Below, piece by piece: positions 57,537 to 64,000 of a stretch of DNA of 64,000 bases (the stretch's first letter is position 1; every line of letters starts with the position of its first letter). A model generated the notes under the pieces. That model saw only the letters and a program-made list of their open reading frames with translations, was not told the origin of the DNA and did no database searches. The DNA lies in the IMG/VR virus record IMGVR_UViG_3300050120_000361, positions 144,539 to 208,538 of that record. One strand, written 5' to 3'. The translations under genes were made by a program, and so were the position numbers.

Positions 57537-59523
57537 CAACGTACCAACCCTGGAAGAGGAGCTCGCCCGGTCCGAAGCAAAAGAGGCCGCGGTGGCCCTG
57601 AGAAACAAGAAGAAAGACGAAGACGCCAAGGAAGCAGCTCGAGGCAAGCTGGACCCTGACCGAACGTCCGCAGACAGGCTCATGAGCGACGCCAACTCCA
57701 AGCTCAACTACTACATGAAGAAGGCGCCACAGTTCCAGATACTGCAAAGCCAGATAGAGACCATTAAGGCCGAGCGCGAACAGTACAAAAAGAGCGGCAA
57801 CAAGGAGGGGTTGGACAAATGCGAAACACTGCTTCTGGAACTATCGGAAAAGAGAACGCGCATACGCAGCATCTTCAAGACGGGCAACGACAGCGGCAAC
57901 GAGAAGAAGCGCGAGGAGCTCTATGAGAAGTTCAAGAACTCCGAAGAGCTTCAGGGACTGCTAAAGGAGCAGAAGGACCTCGTGGAGGAAATCAAGTCGA
58001 AGACACCCAACATCCTCGCGGCGCGCGTGACGCAGTTCCGCAAGGACATCGAGCTCCACAACGGAGTGGCCGGCACGGCAATAGAGGACCTTGACACGAT
58101 ACTGGACAGCAACAAGAAGCTCGTCATAGCCTCTGAGCTTGAGCAGGACTACTACGACTACTGCGGAAAGATAGGCGAGATAATCGACTGCCACGCCGGT
58201 GAGGTCATGGAGATGAACGCGAACAAGATACTTCAGGAGCTCAAGCGCGTTCTCGAGGACACCCAGCACCTCAAGGACAAGCTTTCGGAGAACAAGATGA
58301 AGGTGGCGTCCGTCCGCGAGAACATCGCTCAGGGAACGAACTTAACAGACCTGGTATTCGAGATATTCGATTTCGCCTCCCCAGACGAGGAGGGCGACGC
58401 TCCCCGCGAGATAATAGCATCAGCCAACATCCCGTTGGTAAAGTCAATCTGCTACAACCTGTGCAGCAAGCTCGGACAGCAGTCAAAGATGCCCGACGCG
58501 ATAAGCTACGGCCTGCTGGGGCTCACCGTGGCAATCAACAAATGGTATTCTATCCAGAAGATGTCTGACAGCGCCCTGTCATTCAAGGGGTTCGCGAACT
58601 CCTACATAGCGGGAGCGGTGCAGAGGGGCCTCCTTGAGCTTAAGGGGTCCGGCACCATTTCGGGGTCCAGCCTCGCGACAATGGACACCATGAACAAGAA
58701 GAAAATCGAGAACTTCGTCAAATACAACCCCGAGTTCGAGGACATGGACAAGAAGATACTGTCCGACATGCTCGCGGGCTACGACGACACCGTGCAGCCA
58801 TTGAACATGGTTTCAGAGTCCGACTACACCGCCACAGTTGGAGGCGAGGACGGCGACGGCGCGGACATCTGGGCTTCCGCGATAAAGGACAGCATGAAGG
58901 TAGACGACCACGTGGAGGCCAAGATCGAGTACGAGCGCCTTCTGTCTTCCATAAGCGAACTGCTCAACATGTTCGCCACCAAGAAGGATGCCAAGACCGG
59001 CATAAAATCGATAACCCAAAAGAAGCTTTTCGACAAGTACGACCGCAAACTGTTCATGATGTACTTCGGACTGGAGTACAAGCGCCAGAAGGTAGGCGTC
59101 ACCCCGGGCTCGGAAGCAAACAACGCGTACACCCAGGCCGAAATGGGCGAGGAGCTCGCGGCGATGTACGCCGCGGACGGCATACAGAAGACGTTCTCAC
59201 AGGCGTCCCTTTCAGGCAAGGACGGACGCATAGCGGTACTGCTGAACAAGATAAAGTGGGCCGTTCTCGAAAACCCAAAAATGAAGGCAGGCTTCGAGTT
59301 CCTTTACCACTACTGGAAGGACAACGGCGCCAAACTGAACGAATTCAGCAACAGCCGCGAGGAGATAGGGATGAAGCTGGACCGCGACGAGCTGCGCCAG
59401 ATATACCATGACAACGGCTCAGAGCTGAACAGGCAGCTCAGTGACGGCAAGCGACTGAGCGACGTGTTCGAGATTTCAAAGGACAACCCGCTGGACAAGG
59501 ACATCGCCGGACTGTTCAGGTAG
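57532..59523 (+). CDS. phage-encoded RpoD/sigma70-like factor with long coiled-coil N-terminus
   Basis: Region 2-like 'IIASANIPLVKSIC...DAISYGLLGLTVAINKW...SFKGFANSYI.GAVQR'; region 4-like 'DRKLFMMYFGL...YTQAEMGEEL'. Confidence 0.75.
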   Translation: MNNVPTLEEELARSEAKEAAVALRNKKKDEDAKEAARGKLDPDRTSADRLMSDANSKLNYYMKKAPQFQILQSQIETIKAEREQYKKSGNKEGLDKCETLLLELSEKRTRIRSIFKTGNDSGNEKKREELYEKFKNSEELQGLLKEQKDLVEEIKSKTPNILAARVTQFRKDIELHNGVAGTAIEDLDTILDSNKKLVIASELEQDYYDYCGKIGEIIDCHAGEVMEMNANKILQELKRVLEDTQHLKDKLSENKMKVASVRENIAQGTNLTDLVFEIFDFASPDEEGDAPREIIASANIPLVKSICYNLCSKLGQQSKMPDAISYGLLGLTVAINKWYSIQKMSDSALSFKGFANSYIAGAVQRGLLELKGSGTISGSSLATMDTMNKKKIENFVKYNPEFEDMDKKILSDMLAGYDDTVQPLNMVSESDYTATVGGEDGDGADIWASAIKDSMKVDDHVEAKIEYERLLSSISELLNMFATKKDAKTGIKSITQKKLFDKYDRKLFMMYFGLEYKRQKVGVTPGSEANNAYTQAEMGEELAAMYAADGIQKTFSQASLSGKDGRIAVLLNKIKWAVLENPKMKAGFEFLYHYWKDNGAKLNEFSNSREEIGMKLDRDELRQIYHDNGSELNRQLSDGKRLSDVFEISKDNPLDKDIAGLFR

Positions 59524-59544
59524 GAAAAAACGCACAATACAGGA

Positions 59545-59580
59545 CAGGGGTCGTTGGGTATATAAGCCTAACGGCCCCTG
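59545..59580 (+). terminator. stem-loop after sigma gene
   Basis: CAGGGGTCGTTGGG-TATATAAG-CCTAACGGCCCCTG (with G-U pairs). Confidence 0.55.
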
Positions 59581-59602
59581 ACCAATTTAACACGAACAAG
59601 AC

Positions 59603-60244
59603 ATGAATATAAGGAAATACGAAGAGCACCAGGACACGCAACTCTTTGAGAGCGAGGACTTCTCGCACCTGACCGAAAAGGATTTGAAGGACTTCCTTAA
59701 GAACTTCCCGGACAATGCGACATCATGGAAGGACGCTACCGGCGAGCCTGGCGAGATGCGCAAGTGGCTCTGCGAGACATTGGAGCTGGATTACAAGCCG
59801 ACACCCAACAGCAGCCCGTCCGTCCTGAACAAGGCCAATAAGAAGGGCATCATGGACATGTTCCCCAAGCTGGACGCTCAGCAGAAGAAGAACTTTTTCG
59901 AGCAGTACGGCCACTGGATGGAGGCTCCTCTCTTCGAGAGCGACGCGTCAATGGACAACCACGAAGAGGCCGCCATAGAGGACGTGCTTGACACCAAGGG
60001 CAAGCAGTTCGACTTCGAGAACGGCGCCGCCATGGCCAACCTGCTCTCAAGCGTGGACACGCAGTTCGGCCTGTTGTGGCATGACGCAAAGACACAGGAC
60101 TGGCCCGGATTTGTTGCGTCAGTGCGCGAGTTCCTCAGGACCGCGGAGATAGACATGACAGGGGCCGACGAGGCCGCCCTCGAGCTGCACTACAACAAGT
60201 ACAACTGGCGCGCGAAGCTTGCCAAACAGAAGCTGAAAAACTAA
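59603..60244 (+). CDS. hypothetical protein, probable head-internal (two LFES motifs)
   Basis: 'MNIRKYEE....LFES' start reminiscent of T4 internal-protein targeting N-termini. Confidence 0.55.
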   Translation: MNIRKYEEHQDTQLFESEDFSHLTEKDLKDFLKNFPDNATSWKDATGEPGEMRKWLCETLELDYKPTPNSSPSVLNKANKKGIMDMFPKLDAQQKKNFFEQYGHWMEAPLFESDASMDNHEEAAIEDVLDTKGKQFDFENGAAMANLLSSVDTQFGLLWHDAKTQDWPGFVASVREFLRTAEIDMTGADEAALELHYNKYNWRAKLAKQKLKN

Positions 60245-60245
60245 C

Positions 60246-60764
60246 ATGAGCAACGTAACAGTACCGCCAAAGACCCCCGAGGAAATCGAGGAGTTCCTCG
60301 AGCTTCCGGACATCACGGTAAACCCCTCGAAGAGCGCGCAGGCGTTCAAGACCAACCTGCTGCTGTTCGACGGCAATTTCACCGGCATAGTGGTGTTCCT
60401 GAACAACCTCACGTCATTCGTGAAGTACTTCTACACCCTGATAGACCTGTCCGCAATAGTGCAGCAGGTGATAGACGCGCTTGGCTCGAGCAAGGACACC
60501 ATACCGATACTGACCACTTCCAACATAGGGACCTTCACGCTGACCAACATCGGACAGAACATCTACAAGCTGATGCGCACGGACGCATACACGCTCGTGC
60601 TGACCAGGACAAACCAGCCGACATGGGACACCTCGAAGCTGATGTGCCAGGTCAAGCAGATTGACGGCACCTTCGTGTACCCGGTGATAAGGACGGCAAA
60701 CAACAACGTGACGATAAGCTTCGCGGACGCGATAGCCACAAACTACAACATATACCTACTGTAA
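60246..60764 (+). CDS. putative virion structural protein
   Basis: Beta-rich C-terminus 'YPVI...NNNVTISF......YNIYLL'. Confidence 0.5.
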   Translation: MSNVTVPPKTPEEIEEFLELPDITVNPSKSAQAFKTNLLLFDGNFTGIVVFLNNLTSFVKYFYTLIDLSAIVQQVIDALGSSKDTIPILTTSNIGTFTLTNIGQNIYKLMRTDAYTLVLTRTNQPTWDTSKLMCQVKQIDGTFVYPVIRTANNNVTISFADAIATNYNIYLL

Positions 60765-60775
60765 AAACAGAAATA

Positions 60776-61744
60776 ATGGAAAGTAACCAAGACCCAACAG
60801 TAATTAAACTTCTTCGGCGCTTAAGGTCGAATATACTCGTTGGAACCGAAAAGCACGGAACCGCCGCGAGAATATTCTTTGACGGGTGGGACCAGAAGGC
60901 AGCGTTTTCGCTGGCTGCCGACAGAAAGGATTACCTGACTTGCCTTTCTCTGCTTCTGATGCAGTTCGCAAGCAATCCAGGAATGGACATAACCAGCCTG
61001 TTCAACACTGATATTCAGGAACTTGCTGAGGCGTGCGGACACGTTGGTGTTCTGTACGATGTTACCGGCAAAAGGATGATAGCGCGCGTAATGTACGAAC
61101 CAGACTGCTTTGAACCGGGCAATCAGCCAAGCGGTCAGTGCGATAAGTTCGATTTGACCGGGTCAGTAACCACAAGCTGGTTCGGCGGGGCGGTGAACCC
61201 GAACGCAGAGGAACTGGAATACGAAGTGGGACAGAAATTCCACAACAATAGCAACGACAAAGAACTCGAAATACTTGAAATCAACGGTATTGACGACTAC
61301 GGTATAGGAACTGTTGGTGAGCCGAAGAACATCAAGACTTTTGGTTGGATGTCGGAAGAGGAGCTTCAACAGTGGGTGCGCCGCGGGGTGTACTCTCCAA
61401 TAACGGATGATGAGACTGAAGATGAAGGTCTGGACGGTTCCATTGAAGACAGGGGACCCGAGGCCAACGCAACACCTGCGGACTACGTATTCCTGTGCAA
61501 CGGATGGAACGTCAATGTGACGAAATCAACGCTTTTAAGGAACACCAAAAAGAAAATGTATTGGGACTTTACAGCATACGACGGACCGAACAGGACCATT
61601 GAAGGTACCGTAATAACCGAAGAGAATGTGCACAGTGGGGATTGGGAAATCGAGGATATTGACTTCAACTACGAGGATGAGCAACTGATATTGAACGCTG
61701 ATGGCGATATGTGGGAAACATTCGCCACTGGAATGGAACTGTAA
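60776..61744 (+). CDS. acidic hypothetical protein, possible divergent KLSN-family member
   Basis: 'RLRSNI...IFFDGWDQK' vs 'VFDGYDQK' in the 13756 gene. Confidence 0.55.
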   Translation: MESNQDPTVIKLLRRLRSNILVGTEKHGTAARIFFDGWDQKAAFSLAADRKDYLTCLSLLLMQFASNPGMDITSLFNTDIQELAEACGHVGVLYDVTGKRMIARVMYEPDCFEPGNQPSGQCDKFDLTGSVTTSWFGGAVNPNAEELEYEVGQKFHNNSNDKELEILEINGIDDYGIGTVGEPKNIKTFGWMSEEELQQWVRRGVYSPITDDETEDEGLDGSIEDRGPEANATPADYVFLCNGWNVNVTKSTLLRNTKKKMYWDFTAYDGPNRTIEGTVITEENVHSGDWEIEDIDFNYEDEQLILNADGDMWETFATGMEL

Positions 61745-61772
61745 AGATATTGATAAATGATGGTAATGATTA

Positions 61773-61802
61773 AAGGCCTGAAGCGAATTCGCTTCAGGCC
61801 TT
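61773..61802. terminator. perfect 30-bp palindrome at the convergence of the + and - gene blocks (probable bidirectional terminator)
   Basis: AAGGCCTGAAGCGAATTCGCTTCAGGCCTT. Confidence 0.75.
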
Positions 61803-61813
61803 ACTTGTTTTAC

Positions 61814-62083
61814 TTATCTGTCAACAAATGACCTGTTGACCCTTTCGAGCTGGAGTATTCTGAAGAGAATGTGGAAATCCCAAGTGGTCTTGTTTGCCCA
61901 GTCGTTCCTGTTGCTTAGCCCCAAAAGCGCCCTTGACTTGCCGTAGGATATGCTTGTTGTCCTGCTTATTCTCAGCGTTTCAATCTTAAGCAACCATATG
62001 CCTTCCGCTCTGAATGAAACGGAAAGCAGTGAAATCTTTGACAGGACGAGTCTGTACTGATGCTTCGGGTACCTACTGCTCAT
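61814..62083 (-). CDS. small hypothetical protein
   Basis: Part of a tightly packed minus-strand run. Confidence 0.45.
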   Translation of the reverse strand: MSSRYPKHQYRLVLSKISLLSVSFRAEGIWLLKIETLRISRTTSISYGKSRALLGLSNRNDWANKTTWDFHILFRILQLERVNRSFVDR

Positions 62084-62369
62084 GGAGGTAAAGGTTGATT
62101 ATCCTGACAATCATTATCACATCAGCAACATAAGCCTTGTCTTCGAATATCTGAAACATTTCGTTGCACATGTTTTCAAGCTCATCTTCGGTCCAAGTGC
62201 CCGCTGGACGCATTTCCTGGGTTTCCGTCCTGTGCTTCATGTGCCTCATGCCCTCGTAAACAGAGGCTACGGCTACAGCCAAATCAGCAGAGTCATTAAG
62301 CTCTTTAGATAAGTGGTCGCCAAGCAGACGTAGCTCCCGTTTCGGTGTGCCGTCGGCCATACTACTCAT
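62073..62369 (-). CDS. small hypothetical protein
   Basis: Overlapping run of minus-strand ORFs. Confidence 0.55.
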   Translation of the reverse strand: MSSMADGTPKRELRLLGDHLSKELNDSADLAVAVASVYEGMRHMKHRTETQEMRPAGTWTEDELENMCNEMFQIFEDKAYVADVIMIVRIINLYLHEQ

Positions 62370-62706
62370 CGCTACCGCCCTCCCCGTCTCTGCCGCTCGC
62401 GTCGCCCAATTGCATAAGCGCCTGGTGCAGCTTCGAGTTATGTATGGCGAATGAGTATATGTCCACGCCTATCACCTCCGACCCGTACTGCGAGAAGAAG
62501 GCGAAGGACTGCTTCATCAGAGTGTTGTATTGACCGCAGTCCTCATCGCTGAACGACTGCTCGCCTGTTTCGTTGTTTACGTAGTTCTCGAACCTCTCGT
62601 CGGGGTGCCAAGACACCATAGCGGTTTCCTCGAGCCACACGAAGAACTCCCGAATGTCCTCGAGGGTCATAATCTGTGTTTTGGCGAATTTCTGTTGTAT
62701 GTTCAT
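62362..62706 (-). CDS. small acidic hypothetical protein
   Basis: 'I.TLEDIREFF.WL....WHPDE.FENYVN'; A-rich leader. Confidence 0.65.
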   Translation of the reverse strand: MNIQQKFAKTQIMTLEDIREFFVWLEETAMVSWHPDERFENYVNNETGEQSFSDEDCGQYNTLMKQSFAFFSQYGSEVIGVDIYSFAIHNSKLHQALMQLGDASGRDGEGGSDE

Positions 62707-62724
62707 GTCTTTAGATTTGTTTAA

Positions 62725-63060
62725 CTATTGGTTGACGCACTCCCACTGCTTCATTATGCCATGGCAGTCGTAGTGGAGTATGGCGTTAATGGAAATAGGC
62801 TCGCGCCTGTCCTCAGTTCCGTTTCCGCTGTAGAAGACCACTGACATGCCACCGCCGAACCTACCGCGAACCCTGAACGGTTCCTCGTATTTGGCCCATT
62901 CCCTGTCAAGCAGTTCCATGAGGCGCATGGTCTCCGCGAACGTCAGCCATGGAACCACCGCCTCCTCTGACGGGTCGTGGTAGCCCCTGAACTGCGAAGC
63001 CTCCATGTCATCCCAATAGAATTGGTTTGGGCGCAGTTTTTTCAATTTTTCATTGTCCAT
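62725..63060 (-). CDS. small hypothetical protein
   Basis: 111-aa ORF with A-rich leader. Confidence 0.6.
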   Translation of the reverse strand: MDNEKLKKLRPNQFYWDDMEASQFRGYHDPSEEAVVPWLTFAETMRLMELLDREWAKYEEPFRVRGRFGGGMSVVFYSGNGTEDRREPISINAILHYDCHGIMKQWECVNQ

Positions 63061-63064
63061 TTGC

Positions 63065-63150
63065 TGATTGATTAATTCGTTTGTTTCTCAACTCGAAAAG
63101 GGCCGAACGCTTTCGCGAAGGCCCTAATCTTCAGAAACAAACCGCAATCA
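63065..63150 (-). promoter_or_regulatory. extended nested stem-loop (terminator-like core with GAAA loop) whose outer arms pair with the 63060 leader
   Basis: TGATTG/CAATCA, GTTTGTTTCT/AGAAACAAAC, AGGGCC/GGCCCT, CGC-GAAA-GCG. Confidence 0.55.
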
Positions 63151-63186
63151 TGAAATCGCGTGTCTTAATAAAATGAACTGTTATGG

Positions 63187-63504
63187 TTATCCAGCGGCCT
63201 GCGCCGTTATAGGCTTTCGCTTCCTGCTCGGCTTAACCCCCGCTATCGGTTCCTTGAGGCACTCTATGAAGTCCTCTACCTTCAGCATCAGCGCGACGCC
63301 CTCTTCCGATACCCTTACGTAGTTCTCGAAAAGTATCAGCTTAGGGTGCTCTATGGTTATCAGCCTGGCTCCTATCATGTCAAGGAAAGGCCTTTCGCCA
63401 ATGCGCTGCGAAACCTCGAATACTGTAGGGTATCCGTACCGCTGGTTCCTCTTCACCATTTCATACACTTCTATGAAGTTGGCGAGCTCTATCGGTCCCA
63501 TCAC
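63187..63504 (-). CDS. small hypothetical protein
   Basis: ORF coupled to upstream gene. Confidence 0.55.
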   Translation of the reverse strand: MMGPIELANFIEVYEMVKRNQRYGYPTVFEVSQRIGERPFLDMIGARLITIEHPKLILFENYVRVSEEGVALMLKVEDFIECLKEPIAGVKPSRKRKPITAQAAG

Positions 63505-63812
63505 TTTTCCTTAATCAGGGCCATTACATCGAATACGGTTTCAATGCCCTTCCACAGCATTCTCAATTCTCCCTTAGCTCCAGGCAGTACCGCGAACATC
63601 TTGTCGGTGTCTATCAATTCGTTAACGAGCGCCTCGTCGTGCAGGTTTATGAATTCCCCGTACGACGGGAGCGGTGCCGAACTGTTTTCCGACTGGTCGG
63701 TCCAGTCGGAAAGCGCGAGAAGTATCGCGAGCTTCTGCTTCCTGTTTCCTTCCATGGCTATTTGTACTTGAAGTTGTGGAAATTGTCCGCTATGTTGGTC
63801 AGCAGCCTGCAC
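63501..63812 (-). CDS. small hypothetical protein (true start possibly about 63755)
   Basis: ORF in minus-strand run. Confidence 0.5.
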   Translation of the reverse strand: MQAADQHSGQFPQLQVQIAMEGNRKQKLAILLALSDWTDQSENSSAPLPSYGEFINLHDEALVNELIDTDKMFAVLPGAKGELRMLWKGIETVFDVMALIKEK

Positions 63813-64000
63813 AGCATCTCGCCCTGGTGGGTTGGGGCCACGCGACTTTCATCATTGGATGTCAGCATGCCCTTTTCCTGCAGGTATACTATCGCTTCCG
63901 AGGTGTGCAGCATCTCCATGTCGGCTTGCGTGAACTTCTCCTTTGTTCCGTTCCAGTGCTGCCATATCGCCAAAAGGCATATAAGCTTTGTCGTTTCCAT
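63758..64000 (-). CDS. small hypothetical protein
   Basis: ORF reaching the window edge. Confidence 0.5.
   Translation of the reverse strand: METTKLICLLAIWQHWNGTKEKFTQADMEMLHTSEAIVYLQEKGMLTSNDESRVAPTHQGEMLCRLLTNIADNFHNFKYK

Noticed and set aside
115-61668. Many long minus-strand ORFs in the track (e.g. 5393-6367, 37735-38709, 47121-47885, 49629-50222)
   Set aside because: They are antisense shadows of + strand genes with strong codon bias and carry no recognisable motifs
1-64000. Stop-codon reassignment as in some large Bacteroidota phages
   Set aside because: Genes are full length in code 11, and TAA, TAG and TGA all end genes at sensible boundaries
1-64000. tRNA or rRNA genes; terminase large subunit
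   Set aside because: No cloverleaf or rRNA-like sequence seen in the short intergenic gaps, and no terminase ATPase motifs in this window

Overview
A 64-kb segment of a large T4-like (myovirus, probably jumbo) phage genome in standard genetic code. From 1 to 61.7 kb nearly all genes lie on the + strand and cover morphogenesis: tail fibre, neck, sheath, tube, gp26/gp51-like chaperones, tape measure, baseplate proteins, gp4, gp2, portal, prohead protease, scaffold and major capsid protein. Also present are a family-B DNA polymerase split into two genes around a probable sliding clamp, a gp55-like late sigma, a large RpoD-like sigma and two AT-rich free-standing HNH homing endonucleases. Small minus-strand genes start after a perfect palindrome at 61.8 kb. 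A-rich leaders without Shine-Dalgarno motifs suggest a Bacteroidota-type host (inference). The most unusual signals are: (i) non-coding elements that are exact 15-16-bp reverse complements of start-codon regions (fold-back of the tail-tube mRNA; a two-state switch on the RpoD-like sigma); (ii) five or six paralogues sharing an unnamed ~100-aa N-terminal domain fused to variable C-termini; (iii) a structured ~250-nt leader on an apparently highly expressed basic protein; (iv) a gp51-like frame whose homologous region lacks a canonical start codon. All product calls come from motif recognition by eye, not database searches.
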